Below are positions 49,888 through 58,754 of a DNA stretch of 64,000 nucleotides, piece after piece; position 1 is the stretch's first letter, and each line of letters opens with the position of its first letter. The DNA lies in NCBI RefSeq assembly GCF_000737315.1, contig NZ_JMCB01000006.1:310001-374000 (forward strand). The letters are read 5' to 3'. Position numbers and translations under genes: made by a program. The notes below the pieces were generated by a model that was given only the letters and a program-made list of their open reading frames with translations, ran no database searches and was not told the DNA's origin. The DNA comes from Hyalangium minutum. GTDB lineage: Bacteria > Myxococcota > Myxococcia > Myxococcales > Myxococcaceae.

Positions 49888-50880
49888 TCAGAGCTTGGAC
49901 AACAAGCCCGGCAGCACGAAGATGCCGTCATTGCCCGGGTGGCTCCCGCTGTCGATCGAGATGTACAGATCGTTCCCGTTGATGGCCAGGCCCTCGCAGT
50001 CGAGCCACGGCAGCTCGTAGGCCCACGCCTGCGTGAGCGCGTTCGCCGCAGTGGTATTGGATGCCGTGCTGATCGTGAGCTTCTGGAGATAGTCCTTGGC
50101 CGTTACCTGGCTGTTCCCCTCGCCGTCATACAAGGCATAGAGCACGCGCGAGGACCCATCGAAGAACAGGTCCGAGATGAGCGGCTTGGAACCACTGGTG
50201 GCCGAGGGGTTGGGCACCTGCAAGGGGTTGCTGGCGGACGTGCCCAGGTTCAGCGGGTTGACGTTCGCGGAGTTGCCGCCGCCCTGGGGCAGATCGTACA
50301 CGTAGACCCGGCCCGCCAGCGCCTGCACGGCCACGAAGAAGATGCCGCCGTAGTGGGGGGCCGCCCCGCCCGTCCAGTTCGACGGGTAGGAGCCGAAGGG
50401 CACCAGCGTCATCCCTTCCATGCCGCTGTTGGTCGCCGAGCCGAAGTCGATCCCGTTCAGCGTCCACGTGCTTCCCGTGAAGTCTCCCGCGGGCTTCGAA
50501 CTGGAGGTCCGGTCCTGATCGAAGCGCTTCACCACGGGAGACGTCTTGCTGCTGCCTTCACTGCGGTCTCCCTCCACGCCAATCATCAGGTTGCCATTGG
50601 CGAACGTCACCGACTCGTAGTCGTAGGCCTTGTCGTCCTCGTCAGGGGTCGGGTTGATCAGCCAGTTGAGCGTCCCGGTGGGGCTGCCGCTGGAGGGCAG
50701 CTGCGCCTTGGCGACGATGCCGTTGTCGCTCACCATGAACAGCCACTTGCTGCCGCCATCCGAGTAGATCGTCAGCCCACTGGGCTCGGCTTTGTACGTC
50801 TTCCCAGACTTCGTGTAGCTGGGGTTGCCGAGATAGATGGGGGTCACGCCCTTCCAGGGCGCCAGCGTGGGGGTCGACAT
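49888..50880 (-). CDS. Beta-propeller-like protein (SdiA-regulated/phytase-like repeats), no clear signal peptide
   Basis: EPSGL, YESVT, MEGMT, CEGLA repeats. Confidence 0.6.
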   Translation of the reverse strand: MSTPTLAPWKGVTPIYLGNPSYTKSGKTYKAEPSGLTIYSDGGSKWLFMVSDNGIVAKAQLPSSGSPTGTLNWLINPTPDEDDKAYDYESVTFANGNLMIGVEGDRSEGSSKTSPVVKRFDQDRTSSSKPAGDFTGSTWTLNGIDFGSATNSGMEGMTLVPFGSYPSNWTGGAAPHYGGIFFVAVQALAGRVYVYDLPQGGGNSANVNPLNLGTSASNPLQVPNPSATSGSKPLISDLFFDGSSRVLYALYDGEGNSQVTAKDYLQKLTISTASNTTAANALTQAWAYELPWLDCEGLAINGNDLYISIDSGSHPGNDGIFVLPGLLSKL

Positions 50881-50951
50881 CGCGTGTCCTCGCCAGCGCG
50901 GGGGAGATGGCGGGGTTGAGGGGCCATCGAGCGCTGGTGCCCGCCAGCCTG

Positions 50952-50967
50952 AGCAACCGCTGTGCCA
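50952..50967 (-). promoter_or_regulatory. Sigma54 -24/-12 promoter for the 49888-50880 gene
   Basis: Minus strand TGGCACAGCGGTTGCT matches TGGCAC-N5-TTGC exactly. Confidence 0.65.
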
Positions 50968-51030
50968 CCGCTGTCATCCCCTCGGCGTCCGAGGGACAGC
51001 CCTCGGAAGCCCCGCTCCCGACAAGGGCAA

Positions 51031-51054
51031 CCCCCGGGAAACGCTTCCCGGGGG
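51031..51054 (-). terminator. GC-rich hairpin downstream of the vWA gene
   Basis: CCCCCGGGAA-ACGC-TTCCCGGGGG, perfect 10-bp stem. Confidence 0.55.
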
Positions 51055-51095
51055 AACACACCTGCGTCAACAACCGACGCACTCGGCTCGCCGCG

Positions 51096-52496
51096 CTACT
51101 GCAGGAAGACGCAGGAGGCGGCCTGCGCCTGCACGTTGTTCACGGCGGCCTGCAGCGCCTGCTTGAGCGCCGCGGGAGTATACGCCGTGGCGTAGGTGCC
51201 GTTGCCCACCGCCGCCGTGTTCTTCAGCAGGTTGCTGTTGATGCCATAGCCCACCGTGTGGATGCTCAGGCGCTGAAAGCCGCTGGTGTCGAAGTTCCCC
51301 ACCACGACCGGCGAGGACATCTGCAGGTCCCAGGTGGAGAGCACCTTCGCCACGTCATCCAGGTAGAAGTTGGCGTTGTCATCCGCGTAGTTGGTGGGGT
51401 CCGTGCCCTTGTCCCGCTGCCCCCCCAGGCCGCACGGCTCCGAGTCCGGGCAGTAGACAGGCCCACCATTGATGGTCCTCAGCCGGTTGGCCATCGCCGA
51501 GGTCTGGGTGTCGTTGGTGGGGTCTCCATCGCTGATGAGGATGACCGCGTTGTGCTGGCACCCCCAGCAGACGCTGCGGCTCTGCATGGTCAGCGGGTCG
51601 TTCTTGAAGGCCGAAGGGTAGGAGTAGTTGGACCCGAACCCGAGGTAGCTCTGGTACACGTCGTTGCCCGACGTGAAGTAGTACCCGACGTTGAGCAGCG
51701 AGCGCGCCAGCGGCGTCCCCGTGGTGAACGTCAGCCCGTTGATGGCGTTGATGGAGCTGCCACGCGCGGTGTCGAACGCGAACGGGCTGGCCAGGGACTG
51801 ATCACATGCCACCTGCTGGCGCTGCCCCATGACGCTGTAGGGCGCGGTATTGGAGAAGTAGCTGAAGCCCACGCGCGCGTTCTGCACGTTGGCGAGCGCA
51901 TGCTTGATCGCGGACTTGACCGCCACGTACTTGGGCGGATTGAAGTTGAGGAAGCGGCCCCAGAAAATGAAGTCGGGATTCTCGAGGGGCGGGGTGTTCC
52001 GGCCATCCGCCCAGGGCAACTTGTAGTAGCCCTTCGTCGTCAGGCAGCTCTGACACCGGTTGTACTCGGCGGCTCCCGTGGTGCTCCAGTTGTCTACCTG
52101 CGACTGACAGGCCTCCACCGCGCTGTTCCACTGCGGAGCCGGGTTGGTCTGCTCTCCCCAGTACATGTAGCCGTAGAACTTGCTGTCCTGGAAGAGGTTG
52201 GGAAAGCCCCAGTCCGAGCCCCACCCCGTCCCTGTGTCCGGCACCGGGTACGCCACGGCAGGGTTCCAGCCGTTACCGGCCTGCATCGCATCCAGCCGGG
52301 CGTTCTGGCACCCGTTCACAGTGATGTTGAAGAAGGTGGCGTGATCGCCATCACTGATCTGGGGCAGTTCCCGCATCGAGCCCGAGGTGTCGATGAGGAA
52401 GTGGATGTTCGGCGGTGCGACCTGCTGCGCGGAAGCAGTACTCGCCGCACCGAGCATGACCAGTCCGGCGCACAGACGAGAGGCAAGGGAGTGCAT
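51096..52496 (-). CDS. Secreted vWA-domain protein resembling the N-terminal half of myxobacterial PilY1
   Basis: Signal peptide; FLIDTSGSM MIDAS, TPLA, ILISDG, FYLDDVAK, HTVGYG. Confidence 0.72.
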   Translation of the reverse strand: MHSLASRLCAGLVMLGAASTASAQQVAPPNIHFLIDTSGSMRELPQISDGDHATFFNITVNGCQNARLDAMQAGNGWNPAVAYPVPDTGTGWGSDWGFPNLFQDSKFYGYMYWGEQTNPAPQWNSAVEACQSQVDNWSTTGAAEYNRCQSCLTTKGYYKLPWADGRNTPPLENPDFIFWGRFLNFNPPKYVAVKSAIKHALANVQNARVGFSYFSNTAPYSVMGQRQQVACDQSLASPFAFDTARGSSINAINGLTFTTGTPLARSLLNVGYYFTSGNDVYQSYLGFGSNYSYPSAFKNDPLTMQSRSVCWGCQHNAVILISDGDPTNDTQTSAMANRLRTINGGPVYCPDSEPCGLGGQRDKGTDPTNYADDNANFYLDDVAKVLSTWDLQMSSPVVVGNFDTSGFQRLSIHTVGYGINSNLLKNTAAVGNGTYATAYTPAALKQALQAAVNNVQAQAASCVFLQ

Positions 52497-52585
52497 GGAG
52501 GCTCCTCGAAAGGGAGCCGTCTTCTAAACAGCATTTACCTGTTTGTCCATGAATCCTATGTGAACAGTTTTCACCACTTCAGCGC

Positions 52586-53341
52586 TCAGACTGTGCCGCG
52601 CTTCGTCATGTCGAAGAGGGCTCGGGCCTGCGGGCCCAGGAAGCCGTCGAAGTGCGGCGCACGTTGGGCAATCTCGAAGTAGGCGTAGGGCCACGGGCGC
52701 GTGCCGCCTGCCGCGAGCGTCACGGGCACCGTCGCCGCGTGCGTCGCCGTCTGCCGCAGCGCGGTACCCGGAGCGCCCTCAATGTCCGCCTTCATGGGCA
52801 CGCCTGCCTCGCGCATCTTCCGCTGCCACACCTCCACGTCATCCACCGAGCCCGTGAAGTGGTTCACCTTCCGCCCGAAGGCCAGCAGCCACGCGCCGTA
52901 CTGAGACTCCTTCTCCAGCTCCAGCAGCGAGGACTCCTGCGGCGCTGGCGGCGCGGAGAACCACTCGGCCAGTGCCTCCACGGGCTCGGGCGCTGGCGGA
53001 GCCTCGGGCAGCGTGGAGAGCAGTTGCTGAGCGCGCGCGGAGAGCCGCTCGGCCCTCAGCTCGGAGATGAAGACGCGCGGCAGCCCGTCCGGGTGGGCCA
53101 TGTAGATGGCCTCCAGATGCGTGTCCGGGAAGGAGTACTCGCCCGCGCGCTTCCAGCCGAAGCGCTCGAAGACGCGCTCGAACGTCGCGATGCCTCCACC
53201 GGGCCGCGCCAGCGTGCGCAGCGCCACGTGGTCATTGCGGAAGATCCCTCCGGACAGCTGCACGAAGGTCCGTGCGTACGGCACTTCGGCGGCGTAGCGA
53301 TCCCACAGCAAGCCCAACAGGCGCATGGCGGTAGAGCTCAT
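52586..53341 (-). CDS. DUF1338 family protein (VOC-fold; 2-oxoadipate dioxygenase/decarboxylase-like)
   Basis: NDHVALRT, RVFISEL, ESQYGAW, NHFT, LRQTAT, YFEIAQR. Confidence 0.8.
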   Translation of the reverse strand: MSSTAMRLLGLLWDRYAAEVPYARTFVQLSGGIFRNDHVALRTLARPGGGIATFERVFERFGWKRAGEYSFPDTHLEAIYMAHPDGLPRVFISELRAERLSARAQQLLSTLPEAPPAPEPVEALAEWFSAPPAPQESSLLELEKESQYGAWLLAFGRKVNHFTGSVDDVEVWQRKMREAGVPMKADIEGAPGTALRQTATHAATVPVTLAAGGTRPWPYAYFEIAQRAPHFDGFLGPQARALFDMTKRGTV

Positions 53342-53389
53342 GCCCGCACTTCATATCCGCCCCCTTCGCCGGAGACCATGCCCCCCTGT

Positions 53390-53854
53390 TCACTTCCGGT
53401 GAAAACGCACCACCGTCACCTCCAGGCCGCCCGCCCCGGCCTCCAGCGCCGAGCGCATCACCTCGAGCGCCCGCGCCTCGTTGAAGCCGCCGCTGCCCGC
53501 GCCGATGACGGGGAATGCCACCGAGCGGAAACCGTGCTCCCTCGCCCTCGCGAGCGCGTTCGTCACCGAGTCCCGGATGGACTGCTCCGATGCGCGCCAC
53601 AGCAGGTTGATGCCGGCCACGTGGATGATGCCCTGGTACGGCAGCCGCCCCGCGGAGGTGACCACCGCCGTGCCCAGCGGCATGGGCCCCACGCGCCGCA
53701 GCTCGCGGAACGGCTGGTAGCCCGCGCGGCGCTTGATGGCACCCGACACGCCCTGCGGCAGCAGCAGCCACCACGGGAGGATGTTCCGGTTCCACGCGTT
53801 GACGATGGCGTCCACGCGCTGGTCCAGCAGATCTCCCTCGACGACTCGCACCAT
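53390..53854 (-). CDS. Macro domain protein
   Basis: GDLL, DAIVNAWN, GVSGAI, IIHVAG, SVAFPVIGAGSGG. Confidence 0.9.
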   Translation of the reverse strand: MVRVVEGDLLDQRVDAIVNAWNRNILPWWLLLPQGVSGAIKRRAGYQPFRELRRVGPMPLGTAVVTSAGRLPYQGIIHVAGINLLWRASEQSIRDSVTNALARAREHGFRSVAFPVIGAGSGGFNEARALEVMRSALEAGAGGLEVTVVRFHRK

Positions 53855-53942
53855 CCCGCGCCTCCAGGCTCAACGCCCACTTCCTTATATAGGCCCAATG
53901 GATGCTGGCGTCCGGCCCCTCCGCGCATTACCCCTGCGCGCC

Positions 53943-54659
53943 ATGACGACGACCAAGGTGGCTGCAGTGTTCGGAGTAGGGCCGGGACTGGGCGCTGCGG
54001 TGGCCCGGCGCTTCGCTCGGGAAGGCTACGCGGTGGCGCTGCTTGCACGCGGAGAGTCCTCCCTGCGCGAAGTCCACGCGGAGATTTCCCAGAGCGGCGG
54101 GAGCGCGGGCGTGTTCCCCGCGGATGCGGGTGACGCGGGCTCCGTCTCCGCCGCGTTCTCCCGGGTGCGCGCGGAGCTGGGCCCTCCGGAGGTGCTCGTC
54201 TACAACGCGGGCGCCTTCCACATGGGCGGCATCCTGGAGCTCGACCCCGCCGCCTTCGAGTCCGCGTGGCGGGTGAACTGCCTCGGAGGCTTCCTCTGCG
54301 CCCGCGAGGTGCTCCCCTCCATGCTCGAGCGCGGACGCGGCACCCTGCTCTTCACCGGCGCCACGGCCTCGCTGCGCGGAGGCGCCCGCTTCGCGGGGCT
54401 CGCCGTGGGCAAGTTCGGGCTGCGCGCCCTGGCCCAATCCCTCGCGCGCGAGTTCGGGCCTCGCGGCATCCACGCGGCCCACGTCATCATCGATGGGCAG
54501 ATCGACACCGCTCGGGTGCGCAGCATGGCGCCGGGCCGGGATGCCTCCACCCTGCTCGACCCGGACGCCATCGCGGAGACGTACTGGCAGCTCCACCAGC
54601 AGCACCCCACCGCGTGGACCCAAGAGCTGGATTTGCGCCCCGCGCCCGAGAAGTTCTAG
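53943..54659 (+). CDS. SDR family oxidoreductase
   Basis: GVGPGLG, NAG, TGATAS, KFGLRAL. Confidence 0.9.
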   Translation: MTTTKVAAVFGVGPGLGAAVARRFAREGYAVALLARGESSLREVHAEISQSGGSAGVFPADAGDAGSVSAAFSRVRAELGPPEVLVYNAGAFHMGGILELDPAAFESAWRVNCLGGFLCAREVLPSMLERGRGTLLFTGATASLRGGARFAGLAVGKFGLRALAQSLAREFGPRGIHAAHVIIDGQIDTARVRSMAPGRDASTLLDPDAIAETYWQLHQQHPTAWTQELDLRPAPEKF

Positions 54660-54696
54660 CGCGCCCAGGCCCCAGCACCGCGTGCGGAGAAAAGAA

Positions 54697-54757
54697 ACGG
54701 CGGCGCGCGCTCCGAGCACCTTGGAGGGGTTGCTTGTTCGGAAGCACGCGCCGCCGT
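54697..54757. repeat. About 60-nt imperfect inverted repeat downstream of the SDR gene
   Basis: ACGGCGGCGCG (54697-54707) pairs with CGCGCCGCCGT (54747-54757), with a bulged inner stem. Confidence 0.5.
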
Positions 54758-54945
54758 GAACCGCGGCCTGCTGTTCGACACCTGTGAGATACGGCGCCGG
54801 AGCACCGTCATTTCAGGCACGCACTGTGAACAACCCCTCTGACATTGGGTATTCCACCCACAGGTAACCACCTGAAATCTGGACAATTCCTCCCCTCCAG
54901 CCGTGTGCGCGGTGAACCTACCCGTGGGCTTGTGAGAGAGAGCCA

Positions 54946-55278
54946 GTGCGGATTCTGATCAAGCGCTCGGAGGATTTCTTGCGCGGCAGGCGACGACCGA
55001 CGGTGACGGATTACAAGCGGGCGGCGGAGGGCCACGAGCGGGACGGCATGGTCTTCAAGGCCGTCTCGCTCTGGAAGCACGTGCTGAAGCTCGAGCCCAA
55101 TCAGACGGAGATCCACGAACGGCTGGCCAGCCTCTACGAGCGCATGGACTTGCGCCCCGAGGCGCGCGAGCACCTCGAGTCCGTGGCCGAGCACTACGTG
55201 ATTCTCCAGAACGCGGACGCGCTGGTGCGCACGCTCGAGCGCATTCAGGTGCTCGACTCTCGCAACCGAGCAGGCTGA
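54946..55278 (+). CDS. Small TPR-like protein
   Basis: KAVSLWKHVLKLEP...IHERLASLY TPR pattern. Confidence 0.6.
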   Translation: MRILIKRSEDFLRGRRRPTVTDYKRAAEGHERDGMVFKAVSLWKHVLKLEPNQTEIHERLASLYERMDLRPEAREHLESVAEHYVILQNADALVRTLERIQVLDSRNRAG

Positions 55279-55289
55279 AGTCACTCGGG

Positions 55290-55318
55290 CTCGCCCAGAC
55301 TCCCGGGCGAGTCTTTGT
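55290..55318 (+). terminator. Intrinsic terminator
   Basis: CTCGCCC/GGGCGAG stem followed by TCTTTGT. Confidence 0.55.
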
Positions 55319-55355
55319 TGACGATAAGTCATTGACTCTTTGCGTCAGCACGTGT

Positions 55356-55371
55356 TACCGACCGGTCGGTA
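55356..55371. promoter_or_regulatory. AibR operator candidate
   Basis: Perfect 16-bp palindrome TACCGACCGGTCGGTA upstream of the TetR gene; TTGACT at 55332; ACCGACCGG repeated at 55392-55400. Confidence 0.7.
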
Positions 55372-55413
55372 GGCTGACGGCATGGACCGCAACCGACCGG
55401 AAGGAGGACGGAC

Positions 55414-56091
55414 GTGACACCTGGTGGGCGAAGGCCGGACGACGGCGATCGGTACAAGGCCATTCTGGAGACGGCGGCTCGGCTCATCTGCGAGCGCGGC
55501 TACGAGGGCACCTCCATGCAGGAGATTGCCGCCGCGTGCCGGCTGACGAAGGCGGGGCTCTACCACTACATCCAGAACAAGGAGCAGCTGCTCTTCGCCA
55601 TCATGAGCTACGGCATGGACCTCTTCGAGGGCCAGGTGCTCGCGAAGGTGAGGGACATCGCCGACCCGGTGGAGCGGCTGCGCTCGTGCATGCGGCGCAA
55701 CATCGAGCTGGTGACGCACGGGGCGGCCAAGGAGGTCATCATCATCCTCCACGAGCACGCCACGCTGACCGGCGAGGCCCGCGAGTACATCGACCAGCGC
55801 AAGAAGCAGTACGTGCGCTTCATCGAGAGCGCGTTCTCCGAGGCGGTGAAGCAGGGACAGATGCGCCCGCTGGACCCCACCATCGTGGCGTTCTCGTTCC
55901 TGGGCATGGTGCTGTGGGTCTACAAGTGGTTCAAGCCGGACGGGCGGCTGACGGCGGAGCAGATCATCAACGGCATGGTGGATCTGTTCTTCGCGGGCCT
56001 GGCGGCTCCGGGCGCCGCGGGCTCCAGCTCCGCGACGGTGCTCTCGCTGGTGCCGGGGGTGCCCACCGCCGCGGGCAGTGAGAAGCCGTGA
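55414..56091 (+). CDS. aibR: TetR family regulator of the alternative isovaleryl-CoA operon
   Basis: TetR HTH; first gene before the CoA-transferase-like pair, dehydrogenase and mvaS. Confidence 0.85.
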   Translation: MTPGGRRPDDGDRYKAILETAARLICERGYEGTSMQEIAAACRLTKAGLYHYIQNKEQLLFAIMSYGMDLFEGQVLAKVRDIADPVERLRSCMRRNIELVTHGAAKEVIIILHEHATLTGEAREYIDQRKKQYVRFIESAFSEAVKQGQMRPLDPTIVAFSFLGMVLWVYKWFKPDGRLTAEQIINGMVDLFFAGLAAPGAAGSSSATVLSLVPGVPTAAGSEKP

Positions 56092-56888
56092 GCGCGGGAC
56101 GCTGGCGCCCTCTGTCCGAGGCGGTGGCCTCCATCCCGGAGGGCTCGTGGCTGGCCACCGGGGGCTTCATGCTCGGGCGCGCGCCCATGGCGCTGGTGCT
56201 CGAGCTGATTGCCCAGGGGAAGCGAGGCCTGCAGCTCATCTCGCTGCCCAACCCGCTGCCCGCCGAGTTCCTGGTGGCCGGTGGGTGTCTGGCCCGGGTG
56301 GAGCTGCCCTTCGGCGCGCTGCACCTGGAGGGCCGCGTGCGTCCCATGCCGTGCCTCAAGCGCGCCATCGAGCAGGGCACCCTGGCGTGGCGCGAGCATG
56401 ACGGGTACCGAATCGTGCAGCGGCTGAGGGCCGCGTCCATGGGCGTGCCGTTCCTCCCCGCGCCGGACGCGGACGTGTCCGAGCTGGCCGAGGCCGAGCC
56501 CCTGCGCACCGTGGTGGATCCGTTCTCTGGCCAGACCGTGCCCGTGGAGCCCGCCTTCTACCCGGACGTGGCGCTGGTGCATGCGCGCGCGGCCGATGAG
56601 CGCGGCAACCTCTTCATCGAGGATCCGACGACGGATCTGCTCGTGGCGGGCGCGGCGCGCCGGGTGGTCGCCACCGCCGAGGAGCGCGTGCCCCGCCTCT
56701 CTCGCGTCACCGTGCCCGGGTTCCAGGTGCACAGCGTCTCGCTGGCTCCGGGCGGCGCGCTCCCCTCGGGCTGCGCGGGGCTGTACCCGCACGATGACGG
56801 GATGCTCGCGCGCTACCTCTCGATGGCCGAGACGGGCCGCGAGGCGGAGTTCCTGCGCTCGCTGCTGGATGAACGGAGGGCGGCATGA
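56088..56888 (+). CDS. aibA: 3-methylglutaconyl-CoA decarboxylase subunit A (CoA-transferase-like)
   Basis: CoA-transferase alpha motifs (GGFM, LRAASMG, DVALVHA..ADERGN); operon order. Confidence 0.82.
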   Translation: MSAGRWRPLSEAVASIPEGSWLATGGFMLGRAPMALVLELIAQGKRGLQLISLPNPLPAEFLVAGGCLARVELPFGALHLEGRVRPMPCLKRAIEQGTLAWREHDGYRIVQRLRAASMGVPFLPAPDADVSELAEAEPLRTVVDPFSGQTVPVEPAFYPDVALVHARAADERGNLFIEDPTTDLLVAGAARRVVATAEERVPRLSRVTVPGFQVHSVSLAPGGALPSGCAGLYPHDDGMLARYLSMAETGREAEFLRSLLDERRAA

Positions 56889-57625
56889 GCGTTCGTGCCG
56901 AGGCCACTCCCGCGGAGGCGGTCGTCGCGCTGCTCGCGCGGGAGATTGAGGATGGGGCCGTGGTGGCCACGGGTGTGGCCTCGCCGCTGGCCATCCTCGC
57001 CATCGCCGTGGCGCGCGCCACGCATGCGCCGAGCCTGACGTACCTGGCCTGCGTGGGCTCGCTGGATCCCGAGCTGCCCGAGCTGTTCCCCTCCGCCGAG
57101 GACCTGGGCTACCTCAATGGCCGCTCGGCGGAGATCACCATCCCGGACCTGTTCGACCACGCCCGGCGCGGCCGCGTGGACACCGTCTTCTTCGGCGCCG
57201 CCGAGGTGGACCCGCACGGGCGGACGAACATGACCGCCTCGGGTGGCCTGGAGAAGCCCCGCAGCAAGTTCCCCGGAGTGGCAGGCGCGGCCTCGCTGCG
57301 GCAGTGGGTGCGCCGGCCGGTGCTGGTGGTGCCTCGCCAGTCCCGCCGCAACCTCGTGCCCTCCGTGCAGGTGGTCACCACCCAGGATCCGCGCCGCTCG
57401 GTGCGGCTCATCTCGGACCTGGGCGTCTTCGAGCTCGGTGCCAAGGGCGCGCGGCTGCTGGCCCGCCACCCGTGGGTGGAGCTCGACACGCTGCTGGAGC
57501 GCACCGGCTTCGACTTGTCCCTGGAGTCGCCGCTTCCCACCACACCGCTCCCGGACGCCTCCACGCTGGCGGCGATCCGGGCCACGGACCCTCGCAACCT
57601 CCGCGATCAGCTCGTGGGGGCCTGA
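56885..57625 (+). CDS. aibB: 3-methylglutaconyl-CoA decarboxylase subunit B
   Basis: FFGAAEVD..G..N, PGVAGA, LISDLGVF; ATGA overlap. Confidence 0.82.
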   Translation: MSVRAEATPAEAVVALLAREIEDGAVVATGVASPLAILAIAVARATHAPSLTYLACVGSLDPELPELFPSAEDLGYLNGRSAEITIPDLFDHARRGRVDTVFFGAAEVDPHGRTNMTASGGLEKPRSKFPGVAGAASLRQWVRRPVLVVPRQSRRNLVPSVQVVTTQDPRRSVRLISDLGVFELGAKGARLLARHPWVELDTLLERTGFDLSLESPLPTTPLPDASTLAAIRATDPRNLRDQLVGA

Positions 57626-57657
57626 ATCCACCGCCAGCCCGGGAGTCACCGCATCCT

Positions 57658-58698
57658 ATGAAGGCCGTCGTTCTTCGTGAGTTTGGCGCATCCCACAACC
57701 TGCTGCTTGAGAGCGTCCCCGTGCCCAAGCCAGGCCGGGGCGAGGTGCTCGTCCAGGTCCACGCCTGCGGCGTCTGCTACCACGACGTCATCAACCGCCG
57801 GGGCAACCTGCCGCGCACCCACGTCCCCGCCATCCTCGGCCACGAGGCCGCAGGTGAAGTCGTCGAAGTCGGCCCCGACACGCCTGGCTGGAAGGTGGGC
57901 GACCGGGTGGCCACGCTCCAGCGGCTCTCGTGCGGCGAGTGCGCCCTCTGCAAGAGCGGCCGCAACAGCCTGTGCAAGAAGGACAACCGCTTCTTCGGCG
58001 AGGAGCTGCCCGGCGGCTATGCGCAGTACCTCGTGGCGCCGGTGGCCGGGCTGGGCCGGGTGCCCGCGGGCATCTCCTGGGCCGAGGCCGCCACGGTCTG
58101 CTGCACCACCGGCACCGCCGTGCACACGGTGCGGACGCGCGGGCGCGTGCGCGCGGGCGAGACGGTGCTCATCACCGGCGCCAGCGGCGGCGTGGGGCTG
58201 TCCTCCGTCCAGCTGGCCCGCGCGGACGGAGCGCGCGTCATCGCTGTCACCTCGGGTGAGGCCAAGGCCGAGGCCCTGCACGCGGCCGGCGCCCACGAGG
58301 TGATTGTCTCCCGCGGGCTGGACTTCTCCTCCGAGGTGCGCAAGCGCACCGGTGGCGAGGGCGTCAACGTGGCCATCGAGATCGTCGGCAGCGTCACCTT
58401 CGACCAGACGCTCAAGTCCCTGGCCCCGGGCGGCCGCCTGGTGGTGGTGGGCAACCTGGAGACGGGCACGGTGAACCTCAACCCGGGCCTCGTCATCGTC
58501 AAGGAGCTGGAGATCCTCGGCGCCTACGCCACCACCCGCGAGGAGCTGGATGAGGCCCTGCAGCTCACGGCCTCGGGCACGGTGCGTCAATTCGTGTCGG
58601 AGTCTGTACCCCTGGCGGAGGCTGGGCGGGCACACTTCCGGCTGGAGAACCGGGAGATCGCCGGACGCCTCGTGTTGATTCCTCCCGCGCTACAATGA
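57658..58698 (+). CDS. aibC: MDR-family Zn-type oxidoreductase (dimethylacrylyl-CoA reductase)
   Basis: CGVCYHD, GHEAAG, CGECALC..C, TGASGGVG. Confidence 0.85.
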   Translation: MKAVVLREFGASHNLLLESVPVPKPGRGEVLVQVHACGVCYHDVINRRGNLPRTHVPAILGHEAAGEVVEVGPDTPGWKVGDRVATLQRLSCGECALCKSGRNSLCKKDNRFFGEELPGGYAQYLVAPVAGLGRVPAGISWAEAATVCCTTGTAVHTVRTRGRVRAGETVLITGASGGVGLSSVQLARADGARVIAVTSGEAKAEALHAAGAHEVIVSRGLDFSSEVRKRTGGEGVNVAIEIVGSVTFDQTLKSLAPGGRLVVVGNLETGTVNLNPGLVIVKELEILGAYATTREELDEALQLTASGTVRQFVSESVPLAEAGRAHFRLENREIAGRLVLIPPALQ

Positions 58699-58754
58699 TC
58701 ATCGGGCGCACCGCCGTCATGAAAGCGCCCTCCTCACAGGACTCAAGAACCCCC

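Noticed and set aside
49888-52496. Split pilY1 (vWA gene + propeller gene)
   Set aside because: The second ORF lacks PilY1 propeller motifs and is separated by a strong hairpin and its own sigma54-like promoter.
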